From: an uncultured Pseudomonadales bacterium
Lineage (GTDB): Bacteria; Patescibacteriota; Microgenomatia; UBA1400; MFAQ01
NCBI GenBank assembly: GCA_964429015.1
Contig: CAYSAM010000003.1
Coordinates: forward strand, 6,378 to 70,377
Length of the DNA stretch: 64,000 nucleotides
Reading direction: 5' to 3'
Shown: piece by piece, positions 28,124 to 38,045 of the stretch
How positions within the stretch are numbered: the stretch's first letter is position 1
Layout: every line of letters starts with the position of its first letter
Position numbers and translations under genes: made by a program
Notes under the pieces: model-generated
Seen by the model: the letters and a program-made list of their open reading frames with translations, nothing else
What the model was told of the DNA's origin: nothing
Databases searched by the model: none

Positions 28124-29182
28124 ATGGCCAAAAAATCAAAAAATGAAGAAGCAAAAGGTGTCCAAACTCACGTCGACAATAGCGCTCGTCTTACCGCAGT
28201 AAAAATCGCCATGCAACAAATCACCAAACAATTTGGTGAAGGCGCCATCATGCACATGGACTCCGACAAAATCAACGACAAAATCCCCGTAATCTCTACT
28301 GGCTCCATAAGTTTAGATTTAGCTCTTGGTGTTGGTGGTTTCCCCAAAGGTCGCATTATCGAAGTCTACGGTCCAGAGGCTTCAGGTAAGACCACGGTTG
28401 CTCTCCACGTTGTTGCCGAAGCTCAAAAGCTTGGAGGTATCGCTGCCTTTATCGATGCAGAGCATGCTTTAGATCCAAGCCGTGCCAAATCTATTGGTAT
28501 AAATTTAGAAGAACTCTTACTCTCCCAGCCAGACAATGGCGAACAGGCACTAGAGATTGCTGAAACTTTAATTCGTTCTGGCGGAGTCGATGTTGTTGTC
28601 ATTGACTCAGTTGCCGCCCTAGTTCCCAAAGCTGAAATCGAAGGGGAAATGGGGGATGCTGCCATGGGTATGCAAGCGCGTCTTATGAGTCAGGCACTAA
28701 GAAAAATAACCGGTGCCATTTCCAAAAGTAAATGTATTGTTATTTTTACTAATCAACTAAGAGACAAAATTGGTGTCATGTTCGGTAATCCCGAGGTCAC
28801 TACTGGTGGTAAAGCGCTAAAATTCTATGCCTCCATCCGTATCGACATGCGTAAAATTGGCAACATCCAAGAGGGAGACGAAATTATTGGTTCACGTCAT
28901 CGCGCTAAAATAGTCAAAAACAAAGTTGCTTCCCCTTTCAAATTAGCCGAGTTCGATGTTCTCAATGTTGGTGGCATTAGTAAGTTAGGAGATCTTCTAG
29001 ACACCGCCATTGCCTACGGCGTCGTCGAAAAAGCCGGCTCCTTTATTAAATACGATGGCCAAACTCTGGCGCAAGGACGCGATGCCGCCAAAGCAGTTTT
29101 GTCTGGTCAGCCAGAAACTGTTGAGAAAATCAAAGAGCAAGTAATGGAAAAGGTCAATGCCGGAGTACAACCAGAAAAATAG
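28124..29182 (+). CDS. recA: Recombinase RecA
   Basis: [42 protein letters not shown]. Confidence 0.99.
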   Translation: MAKKSKNEEAKGVQTHVDNSARLTAVKIAMQQITKQFGEGAIMHMDSDKINDKIPVISTGSISLDLALGVGGFPKGRIIEVYGPEASGKTTVALHVVAEAQKLGGIAAFIDAEHALDPSRAKSIGINLEELLLSQPDNGEQALEIAETLIRSGGVDVVVIDSVAALVPKAEIEGEMGDAAMGMQARLMSQALRKITGAISKSKCIVIFTNQLRDKIGVMFGNPEVTTGGKALKFYASIRIDMRKIGNIQEGDEIIGSRHRAKIVKNKVASPFKLAEFDVLNVGGISKLGDLLDTAIAYGVVEKAGSFIKYDGQTLAQGRDAAKAVLSGQPETVEKIKEQVMEKVNAGVQPEK

Positions 29183-29591
29183 TGATATTCGGGCGGTACT
29201 TGTAAAGTATGCCGCCAACATTCTTAGTCGACGCCCATATTTTTATGGCCAAATTAAAAAAAAGCTAGAGGTGCGTTCTCAAAAATTAGGTTTCGAAGGT
29301 GTCAATGGTGTCATCGAAGGTATCCTCAAAGACTTACAGGGTAGTGGCTATTTAGATGACTCTTATCTAGCAGAAAGCTTTGTTAGGCGTTGTCTTGGTA
29401 AAGGTCAGGGTCCAAAAATAATTAAATACAAGTTAGGTCAACTAGGGCTTAGCGTAGCTGCGATAACCAGCGCCTTATCTACTCCAGAGAACCATGACCT
29501 TCTAGAGCAAGCCAAAGCCAAAATAGCCTCAAAATACTCTTCCTCCGATCCATACATTGTCAAAGCTAAGCTTTACCAGCGTGGTTTTTAG
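29157..29591 (+). CDS. recX: RecX-family regulator
   Basis: Follows recA; LSRR, GYLDD..LAE.FV, GPKII..KL, LYQRGF. Confidence 0.8.
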   Translation: MPEYNQKNSDIRAVLVKYAANILSRRPYFYGQIKKKLEVRSQKLGFEGVNGVIEGILKDLQGSGYLDDSYLAESFVRRCLGKGQGPKIIKYKLGQLGLSVAAITSALSTPENHDLLEQAKAKIASKYSSSDPYIVKAKLYQRGF

Positions 29592-29738
29592 TGTAAAATA
29601 CATCTACTAGTCACACGATTTTATCTTTACGCAATGAAAACTCTACTCCCCAAAAACTCCTCACTCCAAACATTTCTGTTGGAGATTTTTCGCGCACAAT
29701 AAAGTCCAAAGACTAGGTTAATATTTATCGCAAAACCT

Positions 29739-31325
29739 ATGTCACTTTTATCTATTTTTAAGTCTGGAATTTTCAAAAAATCAAAAGATTCTGTTGCAAA
29801 TGTTGAAACTGTAAAGTCATCTCCTGTTGTAATTAAGTCAGAGGTCGCCTCTATCGCACCAAAAACGTCTACGATCAACGATCTACAAACTACAAACTCT
29901 GTCGACACCACCGCAATCATTGCCCAAGCTACCGCTACGGCTCATGCTCAAGCCAGAGAAATTATTATTTCCGCCAAAGATGAAGCCTTCAAAGTCAAAG
30001 ATCAAGCTATAAAAGATGCTAGGTTGCAGCTCGAAGATATCGAAGTAAAAGTAAAGTCGCTAAACCAAAAACAGCAAGCTTTAGTCCAAGAAGAAAATAA
30101 TCTTAAAAAAGACAGACAGCAACTAGAGGTAACCCAAAAGCAAATCGAAGAAATAAAAGCCAAACTTCAAGACCATGCTGATCAAATGGTCAAAAAACTA
30201 GAAAAAGTTGCATCCCTAACCACCGAACAAGCCAAAAAAGAACTTCTCGCTCAAGTTGAAAAACGCTCTTCCATGGAGATTGCCAGAGCAATCAAAGAAA
30301 CAGAAGAAGTCGCCAGAGCCCAAGCCCAAGATAAGGCCAGAGAAATTCTCGTCGACTCTATGAGGTCAGGGGCTACTGATTATGTTGCAGAGTACACAAT
30401 TTCTACAGTCCCAATTCCAGACGAAGAAACCAAAGGTAGAATAATTGGTAAAGATGGTAGAAACATTAGAATCTTCGAAAAAGTTTCTGGTTGCGACGTA
30501 TCCATGGATGATTCACCAGACGAAGTAAAACTCAGTAGTTTTGATCCGGTCAGAAGAGAAATTGCCCGCCAAACCTTAATTCATTTAATTAAAGATGGTC
30601 GTATTCATCCTGCTCGTATCGAAGAATACTTCGAAAGATCAAAGAGAGATGTTGAGCAGATCATGTTTCAAGAAGGACAAAAGCTTTGTCACGCTGTTGG
30701 CGTCTACAATATGCACCGTGACATTGTTGCCATGTTAGGACGATTCAAGTTCCGCACCTCATACGGCCAAAACATGATCAGTCACACACTGGAGGAAACC
30801 AGAATCGGTATCAAAATTGCTAGTGAAATTGGCGCCAATGTCGACATTGTTCGTATGGGCTGCTTGCTTCACGATATAGGTAAAATTATCGAAGGTGAAG
30901 GTAATCACATCGAACTAGGTGTTAATTATCTTAAAAAATACAATCTTCCCCAGCCCATCATTGACTGTGTAGCTCAACACCACGAAGATGAAGAATTTAG
31001 TTCTATAGAATCAGTCTTGGTTTATATTTCTGATGCTATCTCTGGTTCTCGCCCCGGTGCTCGCCACGAAAATACCGAAGACTATGCTAAGAGAATAAAA
31101 CAACTAGAAGAAGTAGCTCGCAAACACCCAGAAGTCGAAGATGCTTACGCCATTTCCGCTGGTCGCGAAATTAGAGTCATCGTCAATCCTCACAAGGCAG
31201 GCGATGCTCAGCTAGTCATCTTGGCTCAAGCCATAAGAGACGAAATCAGAGACACTATGACCTTCCCTGGCACCGTCAAAGTAAACGTCATTCGCGAAAC
31301 CCGCGCCTCCGAAATCGCCAGTTAA
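29739..31325 (+). CDS. rny: Ribonuclease Y
   Basis: Coiled coil, KH motif KGRIIGKDGRN, HD motif LLHDIGK, DAISGSRPGAR. Confidence 0.96.
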   Translation: MSLLSIFKSGIFKKSKDSVANVETVKSSPVVIKSEVASIAPKTSTINDLQTTNSVDTTAIIAQATATAHAQAREIIISAKDEAFKVKDQAIKDARLQLEDIEVKVKSLNQKQQALVQEENNLKKDRQQLEVTQKQIEEIKAKLQDHADQMVKKLEKVASLTTEQAKKELLAQVEKRSSMEIARAIKETEEVARAQAQDKAREILVDSMRSGATDYVAEYTISTVPIPDEETKGRIIGKDGRNIRIFEKVSGCDVSMDDSPDEVKLSSFDPVRREIARQTLIHLIKDGRIHPARIEEYFERSKRDVEQIMFQEGQKLCHAVGVYNMHRDIVAMLGRFKFRTSYGQNMISHTLEETRIGIKIASEIGANVDIVRMGCLLHDIGKIIEGEGNHIELGVNYLKKYNLPQPIIDCVAQHHEDEEFSSIESVLVYISDAISGSRPGARHENTEDYAKRIKQLEEVARKHPEVEDAYAISAGREIRVIVNPHKAGDAQLVILAQAIRDEIRDTMTFPGTVKVNVIRETRASEIAS

Positions 31326-31340
31326 TATTTAACTAAAAAA

Positions 31341-32279
31341 ATGACTATAATCACCGGTTGTGAAGGTCCAGATCTAGATGGTGTTGCCTGCATGATTGCC
31401 TATTCTGAGTTGTTAAATGCAAAGGGTATTCAGTCCAAGGCCAAATACTTTGGCAAACTCGATTTGGAAACCAATTTTGTCACCAAGTTCACTAATTATT
31501 TTCCGTTAGACGAAGGATCGTATCTACATGACGCCGACTATGTTCTAGTCGATACTGCAAATCCAGACATAATTGATAAAAATATACCAATCGATCGGGT
31601 AATTTCAGTTTTCGATCATCGTCAACTTGTATTTACCAATAAATTCACCAATGCAGAATTACATATCGAACTGGTTGGTTCCTGCGCCACCTTAATTACC
31701 GAAGAGTTCCAAAAGGCAAAAGTAACCCCAAGCATTAACTCGGCGACTTACCTGTATTCTGCAATTGTTTTTAGTACTATAAACTTCAAAAATACGGTCA
31801 CAACAGATAGAGATATCAAAGCAGCCGAATGGCTACTGTCTATTGCAAATACAAGCGAAAGCTTTGTTCGCGATTTATTTTCAGCAAAATCTCAAATATC
31901 TCCATCCAATCTTTATGAAATATTGTCACAGGATTTTTCCATAAAAACTCTATCAGATCACAAAATCGGTATTGCTCAAATTGAAATGGTCAACATCAAT
32001 CGTTTCTTGTCCGACCTCAAACAACCTCTTAAAGAGGCACTCTCCAAACTAAAAACAGACAACAACTTGGAATATATCTTTTTCAATGGTATTGATGTCA
32101 TTGACGGCTACAGTCTGTTCATAGTTATCGATTCGGCTTCGGCAGACATCTTCTCTTCGATACTCGGAATTTCCAGGTTCGAATACTCACATCAACATCC
32201 CTCCATCATCATGCGCAAACAAATCTGGCCAAAAGTTGAAGAACATCTAAAAACCCGCGCCTCCGAAATCGCCTCATAA
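31341..32279 (+). CDS. DHH/DHHA2 family phosphoesterase (PpaC-like pyrophosphatase)
   Basis: PDLDG, LVD, FDHR, VGSCATLI, GIAQIE, MRKQIWP. Confidence 0.8.
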   Translation: MTIITGCEGPDLDGVACMIAYSELLNAKGIQSKAKYFGKLDLETNFVTKFTNYFPLDEGSYLHDADYVLVDTANPDIIDKNIPIDRVISVFDHRQLVFTNKFTNAELHIELVGSCATLITEEFQKAKVTPSINSATYLYSAIVFSTINFKNTVTTDRDIKAAEWLLSIANTSESFVRDLFSAKSQISPSNLYEILSQDFSIKTLSDHKIGIAQIEMVNINRFLSDLKQPLKEALSKLKTDNNLEYIFFNGIDVIDGYSLFIVIDSASADIFSSILGISRFEYSHQHPSIIMRKQIWPKVEEHLKTRASEIAS

Positions 32280-32288
32280 AAATGCATT

Positions 32289-32446
32289 GTTGGGGCGAGG
32301 TTCCTCTCGCCCCCGTCATTGCGAGTCACGGCTTCAGGTCGGCCACGGTGCTTCTCAGTAGGTTTCTGCCTTTAGCCCCTGACCTAGATCCGTGGTAAAT
32401 GTCGAAATTAGTTTTTGTCGAAGACAAAATAACTTTCGACCAATCT
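32289..32446 (+). repeat. Nested palindromic repeat cluster
   Basis: gttggggcgaggttcctctcgcccc, then cgtcattgcgag...caatcta interrupted by extra hairpins (ccacgg...ccgtgg; gtcgaaa...tttcgac). Confidence 0.65.
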
Positions 32447-32487
32447 ATACAAACTACACTAAGTGAAAATAGTACTTAGTCAAAAAT

Positions 32488-32967
32488 TTATTTTACTAGC
32501 GCTAGTAAGGCATTTATATCCAGTTGTTTAGAATCCATCTCAATCATGCCATCTGCATTTTTCACCCAAGTTTCTTCTGGTGTATCGCAGTACAGTTCAA
32601 TACCAATGTTATCTGGGTCACGCAAATATATCGCCTCAGATACTCCATGGTTACTCGCTCCTTCAATCGGATATTTATTAACTACTAAACTTTTTAATAC
32701 TTTGGCAAGTTCCAGTCTGCTTGGCAGTAAAATCGCAAAGTGATAAAGTCCTGCAAACCCCTGTGGTTGTGGTGGTATTCCCTCACCTTGCCACACATTC
32801 AAACCGATATGATGGTGATAACCACCAGCAGATAAAAATACTGCCGACTTTCCATATTTATTTGTCACTTCAAAGCCCAAAATATCTCTATAAAACTGAA
32901 GTGACTTTTCCAGGTTAGAAACAGTTAGGTGGACATGACCTATTTTTGTTTTCGGACTTATTATCAT
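32488..32967 (-). CDS. VOC/glyoxalase family protein (CatE-like)
   Basis: IGHVHLTV, GGYHHHIGLN.W, GLYHFAI, HGVSEAIYLRDPD.IGIELY. Confidence 0.9.
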   Translation of the reverse strand: MIISPKTKIGHVHLTVSNLEKSLQFYRDILGFEVTNKYGKSAVFLSAGGYHHHIGLNVWQGEGIPPQPQGFAGLYHFAILLPSRLELAKVLKSLVVNKYPIEGASNHGVSEAIYLRDPDNIGIELYCDTPEETWVKNADGMIEMDSKQLDINALLALVK

Positions 32968-33069
32968 AATTTATTCTACGTTAGTCTAGTGTTCTTGAGT
33001 TTTTTACTTATAAGTGCTATTATCAACGCACATTATCATTGATACTGCCCAATAAATTAATAAAAAAAT

Positions 33070-33345
33070 ATGACAAAACAAACCCTTATCGGAATTGTTT
33101 CCAAAAAAGTTCACCTCACCAAAAAAGCTGTCAAAGAAACAGTCGATGTTTTTTTCGATGAATCTATAAAAGCACTTACCAAAGGTGAAAAGGTTGTAGT
33201 GTCTGGCTTTGGTACCTTTTATGTCAGCAAGGTAAACGATAAGCAAGTTGTTCCTTTTGGCAACGAATCCAAACGTCAAGTAGTCAAAGGTCACAAAGTC
33301 GTCAACTTCCACGTTGGCAAACCTCTCAAGAAAAAAGTTTCTTAA
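33070..33345 (+). CDS. hup: HU-family DNA-binding protein
   Basis: MTKQ.LI..VS; GEKVVVSGFGTF; F..GK.LK. Confidence 0.88.
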   Translation: MTKQTLIGIVSKKVHLTKKAVKETVDVFFDESIKALTKGEKVVVSGFGTFYVSKVNDKQVVPFGNESKRQVVKGHKVVNFHVGKPLKKKVS

Positions 33346-34496
33346 TGCCTTTAGTTTTTATCAAAACATTTGGCTGTCAAGCCAACAAATCAGACTCCGA
33401 AAGGGTTCTTGGAGACTATCTTGCTAGAGGTTTTCAGGAAACAGAAAATTGGAGAGAAGCGGAGGAAATTGTTATCAATACTTGTTCCGTAAGGCAATCC
33501 GCGGAGGATAGAGTTACAGGCTTTTTATTAAATGTCGAAAAATATTTTCAAGATCAAGGTTCAACTCGGCCAAAAATAATTCTTACTGGCTGCATGTTAC
33601 ATATCAAAGAGCAGGAGATAAAAACTCTCCTACCTCAGGTCGACGAAGTTCTTCCTATAGGTGAAGTGGGTTTCAATCAAAAAGCTATAAGAAAAGATAA
33701 GCATCACGCTTGGATCCCAATCTCTAGTGGCTGCAACAGCTTTTGTACTTTTTGTATTGTTCCCTTTTCTCGCGGCCGCGAAAAATCTCGTTCTCTAGAA
33801 AGTATTCTGGAGGAGGTAACCAATTTAGCCAGTGAGGGCTATAAACAAATCACCCTCCTAGGTCAAAACGTCAATTCCTGGGGACTAGAAAAAATTGGTA
33901 TTTCTCTTCGTAAAATTTTCATGGAACAAGGAAACGTAACCGTAGATCAACTACCAAGCAATGCCTCCCAGTATCAAAGACCAGAGGGTATTCCTCCTTT
34001 TGTTCACTTACTCCAAGAAATAAGTAAAATTAACGGTATCGAAAAAATATCATTTTTTACCAGTAATCCATGGGATTTTTGGGATGAGCTAATAGAAGAA
34101 ATAAAAAACAATCCCAAAATTGATCGCTTTATTCACTTGCCAGTTCAATCTGGCAGCAACCGCATTCTAAAACAAATGAATAGGGGATACACTCGCGAGT
34201 CTTACCTTAGTATCGTTAACAAAATAAAAAAAGAAATTCCCGAAGCTGTGTTAGGTACAGATATTATTGTAGGTTTCCCAGGAGAAACAGAAGAGGATTT
34301 TCAAGACACTGTAAATTTAGTAAAAGAAGTTGGCTACAAGGTAGCCTTTGTGGCACGCTATTCTCCTCGTCCAGGTACCGCCTCCCAACGGCTATTTCTA
34401 GATGATATACCTGCCGCCGAGAAAAAAAGGCGTTGGGAAATTCTCGATAAAATAGCCAACAAAGACACACTAAGAGAACGCCCTCATATTGCATAA
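33345..34496 (+). CDS. miaB: MiaB-type tRNA methylthiotransferase (no TRAM domain)
   Basis: TFGCQAN..DSE, NTCSVR..AE, GCNSFCTFC, HLPVQSG, DIIVGFPGET, YSPRPGT. Confidence 0.85.
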   Translation: MPLVFIKTFGCQANKSDSERVLGDYLARGFQETENWREAEEIVINTCSVRQSAEDRVTGFLLNVEKYFQDQGSTRPKIILTGCMLHIKEQEIKTLLPQVDEVLPIGEVGFNQKAIRKDKHHAWIPISSGCNSFCTFCIVPFSRGREKSRSLESILEEVTNLASEGYKQITLLGQNVNSWGLEKIGISLRKIFMEQGNVTVDQLPSNASQYQRPEGIPPFVHLLQEISKINGIEKISFFTSNPWDFWDELIEEIKNNPKIDRFIHLPVQSGSNRILKQMNRGYTRESYLSIVNKIKKEIPEAVLGTDIIVGFPGETEEDFQDTVNLVKEVGYKVAFVARYSPRPGTASQRLFLDDIPAAEKKRRWEILDKIANKDTLRERPHIA

Positions 34497-34498
34497 AC

Positions 34499-35413
34499 AT
34501 GTCTTTATCCACTTCACGTCATTGCGAGTCACAAAGTGCCGAAGCAATCCACAAACAACCCACCCTCATCGTCTGCGGCACCACTTCCTCCGGCAAATCT
34601 GCCTACACATTCAAGTTAGCCAAAGAGTACAAAAAAGAAGTAAACATTCTCTCCGTCGATTCTCGTCAGTTTTATAAGGACATTCCCATAGTTTCAGGAC
34701 AAGACGACCTTTCAGAGTTACCATCAAACGTCACTCTTTTTGGTCAGGGTTTTTTAGAAGCAGATCAGGTTTCTAATATTAGCGATTTTCAAAAATACGC
34801 CAATCAAATTATCATCAAAACACAAAGTGAAAACAAAAAATTAATTATTGTTGGTGGCTCTGGACTTTATCTCAAAGCTATTACCGAAAACTTAGGTAAT
34901 GCCAAAGTCCCCCCAGACGCAATCTTTAGAAAGGAAGCTGAAAGTTACTCCGTATCTACTCTCCAAAATATTTTAAAAAGTTTGAACATTTCACTCTTTA
35001 ATTCATTAAATAACTCAGATATAAACAATCCTCGTCGCCTCATTCGCCATATCGAAATTTCCCAATCACCAAAAATGTCTCAAAAATCTACCATCTACCA
35101 TCTACCATCTACGACCTATTCCTGGCTCGGTCTCCGCAAATCCCCCGAAGCTCTTCTTCAATCTATCAAAGAACGCGTCGTCTTGCGTCTCAAAAATGGT
35201 GCTATAGAAGAAGTAGAGACTCTACAAAAAAAATATCCAAATCAATCTTTACCGATTTACAGCACTTTGGGTGTAAGCCAAATACAAAAATATCTTTGCC
35301 AAGAAATTACCAAAGAAGAACTAATCAAAAAATGGACAATCGATGATAATAACTATGCCAAACGCCAAATGGTCTGGTTCAAAAAACAACCTCAGATTGT
35401 TTGGTATGATTAA
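34499..35413 (+). CDS. miaA: tRNA dimethylallyltransferase
   Basis: GTTSSGKS, DSRQFY, VGGSGLY, YAKRQMVWF. Confidence 0.93.
   Translation: MSLSTSRHCESQSAEAIHKQPTLIVCGTTSSGKSAYTFKLAKEYKKEVNILSVDSRQFYKDIPIVSGQDDLSELPSNVTLFGQGFLEADQVSNISDFQKYANQIIIKTQSENKKLIIVGGSGLYLKAITENLGNAKVPPDAIFRKEAESYSVSTLQNILKSLNISLFNSLNNSDINNPRRLIRHIEISQSPKMSQKSTIYHLPSTTYSWLGLRKSPEALLQSIKERVVLRLKNGAIEEVETLQKKYPNQSLPIYSTLGVSQIQKYLCQEITKEELIKKWTIDDNNYAKRQMVWFKKQPQIVWYD
35088..35112 (+). repeat. Heptamer tandem repeat (TCTACCA)n inside miaA
   Basis: tctaccatctaccatctaccatctac encoding STIYHLPST. Confidence 0.75.
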
Positions 35414-35418
35414 GCTAT

Positions 35419-36414
35419 ATGAAAAGCTCTAGGCGACTAAGTATCGATATCTCCATAAGCAGTATTTTTTGGATTCTACTAACATGCGGTGGAATATATT
35501 TATTGTTTGTACTTTCCAATCTCTTAGTTTTAGTTATTACCTCTCTTATTATTGCTCTTTCTGTAAATCCCTTAGTTGATTTGCTCGAAAAATACAAAAT
35601 CAACCGCAGTCTTTCCTCAGCCCTAATACTGTTTTTACTTTTTTTAGTTCTAATCCTCTTTGGTATTTCTGTCGCCACTCCACTTATCGATCAAACTGAA
35701 GTGTTCTTAGAAAAACTGCCTTCAATTATAGAAACAGTTAGTCCCATCAAAATTGACATGAATTCTTTTAATACCCAGTTGGCTAAAATTCCAGGTCAAG
35801 TATTTAATATTGCTATAGGAACTTTTTCTGGCCTATTTACTGCCTTTACTACTATTATTTTAAGTTTTTACATTATTCAAGAAATAAAAAAAATTCCAGG
35901 TTATATTGATTTTTGGTTTGCAGATAAGTCAAGTCTTTACAAAGATCTTTCCAATAGATTGCAAAAACAAATTAGTATGTGGGTAAGAGGACAACTATTG
36001 CTCATGCTTGTAGTTGGTGTTCTTAGTTATTTTGGTTACCTAGCTATCGGTATTCCGTACGCTTTACCTTTGGCTTTTATCGCCGGCATTCTGGAGTTGA
36101 TTCCCAACATTGGTCCAACTATTGCTGCCGTTCCTGCTATTTTTGTCGGATTTTCTATCTCAGCCGCTCATGGAGTCGCCGCCTTAATTATCTCTTTAGT
36201 TGTTCAACAACTAGAAAATAATTTTATAGTTCCCAAAATTATGGAAAAAGTAGCAGGGCTTAACCCTATTATCACCATTATCAGCATTATGGTCGGTTTA
36301 CAGCTTGGAGGCCCACTACTTGCTGTTCTATCTATTCCTTTAGTCTTATCGCTTAGAGTTATCTACACTCACGTTCGCCTCAATTCGGAAACAAAGCTTC
36401 CAGAAATCGACTAA
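35419..36414 (+). CDS. AI-2E family transporter
   Basis: WVRGQ, ELIPNIGP, QQLENNFIVPKIM, L.P; multi-TM. Confidence 0.9.
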   Translation: MKSSRRLSIDISISSIFWILLTCGGIYLLFVLSNLLVLVITSLIIALSVNPLVDLLEKYKINRSLSSALILFLLFLVLILFGISVATPLIDQTEVFLEKLPSIIETVSPIKIDMNSFNTQLAKIPGQVFNIAIGTFSGLFTAFTTIILSFYIIQEIKKIPGYIDFWFADKSSLYKDLSNRLQKQISMWVRGQLLLMLVVGVLSYFGYLAIGIPYALPLAFIAGILELIPNIGPTIAAVPAIFVGFSISAAHGVAALIISLVVQQLENNFIVPKIMEKVAGLNPIITIISIMVGLQLGGPLLAVLSIPLVLSLRVIYTHVRLNSETKLPEID

Positions 36415-36441
36415 AAAACCCGCCGATGGCGGGTCTTTAAG

Positions 36442-36802
36442 TGCTCCAGGTCATAGTAAGCCGGATTCTGTTTTTCAGAGGAATATCTGTCTAATGCTCG
36501 AGACTTTAGGGCTTACTTACTTTCGTAAGAAGAAAAAGGCATCAAACCCAGTTCGTCGATTGCAGCAGGGCGGGTTACCACTCCAAAATAATTACTTATT
36601 TCAGATCTCTGGCTAATGCCAAAGCGTTTCACCTTTAGTCGTCTCTGTGGCCCTATCGCGCTCACGATGGTTACCCATCGGAGGACCACGCACCTCTTAC
36701 GAAGAGCGTGGACACCTTGCCTTTTTGCTGTCCGGACTTTCCTCTCACGAATTCCGACTTTAGGTCGGAAGTTCGGAGCATTCCTCACCAGATCCTGGAG
36801 CA
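36442..36802 (-). ncRNA. rnpB: RNase P RNA
   Basis: Minus strand has GAGGAAAGTCCGGAC near the 5' end and ACAGAATCCGGCTTAC near the 3' end; terminal P1 helix TGCTCCAGG/CCTGGAGCA. Confidence 0.93.
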
Positions 36803-36870
36803 ATCTAATTCTACCACAAACCCATAGTATTAAATACATCAAATTTTTTAAAAGAGTCTATAATAAAAGC

Positions 36871-37533
36871 ATGCTCAATCTAAATCCTTTGGTTAATAGT
36901 CTTTTTCTTCACACTGCCGGCTTCCTACCCACCCTTATTGGTGCTGCCGCGCTAATGTTTGCTGGGGTTATTCTTTCCAACTGGCTAAAAAAAGCCGTCA
37001 TCAAACTAGCCATCGCCACCAAAGCTAGTAACCTTACCAAAAATCCAGCCATCCAAGATTTTCTAAACAACGCTCAAGTCACCACAAAAGTCGAGCACAT
37101 CCTTGGTGAAACTGTTCGTATCATTGTCCTTGTGTTCTTTGTTATTGCTACTTGCAACCTTTTAGGTCTCACCTCAGTTAGTCTATTGTTGGGTAGTTTG
37201 CTTTCCATAGTACCTAACCTCTTTGCCGCCTTAGTTATTCTCTTCCTTGGGGTTATTCTTGCTGGATTTTTAGAAAAGTTAGTCAAAGGCTCTCTGGGGG
37301 CAGGAGATCCATCTCTTTCTCGTTTTGCTGGCCGTGTTGTCAGTTATACAACAATGACAATCTTTATCCTCGCAGCTCTCTCACAGCTTGGTATAGCCAG
37401 CTTCTTTATCCAGGTAACCTATATCGGCTTTATCTTAGTTCTCACTTTAGCCTTAGGTTTAGGCTTGGGGTTGGGCTCAAAAGATATCTTCAAAAAAATT
37501 CTCGAAGACTGGTACAAAAAAGTCTCCAAATAG
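36871..37533 (+). CDS. Conserved TM-helix repeat protein (CmpX/MscS-associated-like)
   Basis: ATG 36871; LP.LIGA, PNLFAA, ALSQLGI, ALGLGLG.KD. Confidence 0.8.
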   Translation: MLNLNPLVNSLFLHTAGFLPTLIGAAALMFAGVILSNWLKKAVIKLAIATKASNLTKNPAIQDFLNNAQVTTKVEHILGETVRIIVLVFFVIATCNLLGLTSVSLLLGSLLSIVPNLFAALVILFLGVILAGFLEKLVKGSLGAGDPSLSRFAGRVVSYTTMTIFILAALSQLGIASFFIQVTYIGFILVLTLALGLGLGLGSKDIFKKILEDWYKKVSK

Positions 37534-37625
37534 GCACAAAACGTCCCATAGTCTTGACTTTAAGTCCTCTTGATGATACAATTCATCATTCTAATTTCCT
37601 TGTTGCTGTAGTTTAAAAAGAAAGG

Positions 37626-38045
37626 ATGGGTACAATGAGTGTCAGTAAACGCAAGCCATCTTGGATTGGCGTTTTTATCCTGCTAGTTCTCGCACTTATG
37701 TCAGGATATGGTGACTTTAAGTTGGAAAACAGGATCGCCAATCTTAGGCGAGAAGGTGTCCATACCACCGCAAATGTGGTTGGGACTTCATATTTTAAGG
37801 CCAGCCCTTTGACTTCTTGGGTTGAGTTCAAAACCGAGAGCGGCAGCACAATCAACACCTCACTCTACATCGGTCAACTCGCAGAAACCGATCCTGTTGA
37901 GGTTGTCTACGACCCGCTCGACCCCGAGCAGGTCACCTTAGGCAGCGAGGACCGTTTCCCAATAATGTCTGTCCTTGCAGTAGCTCTCATATTTCTCTGC
38001 TTTTTTGAGATATTTGCTGGACTAGAAAATTTGCCAAGCCGGTAA
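37626..38045 (+). CDS. DUF3592-like membrane protein (inserted cassette)
   Basis: TM, G..T.A.VV...VEFKT...V.VVYDP.DP, TM; own promoter TTGACT-17-TACAAT (37554-37582) and terminator at 38036-38061. Confidence 0.65.
   Translation: MGTMSVSKRKPSWIGVFILLVLALMSGYGDFKLENRIANLRREGVHTTANVVGTSYFKASPLTSWVEFKTESGSTINTSLYIGQLAETDPVEVVYDPLDPEQVTLGSEDRFPIMSVLAVALIFLCFFEIFAGLENLPSR

Noticed and set aside
36513-36870. ORF 36513-36842 (-) and the N-terminal extension of ORF 36616-37533
   Set aside because: Both overlap the RNase P RNA; the protein gene more plausibly starts at ATG 36871.
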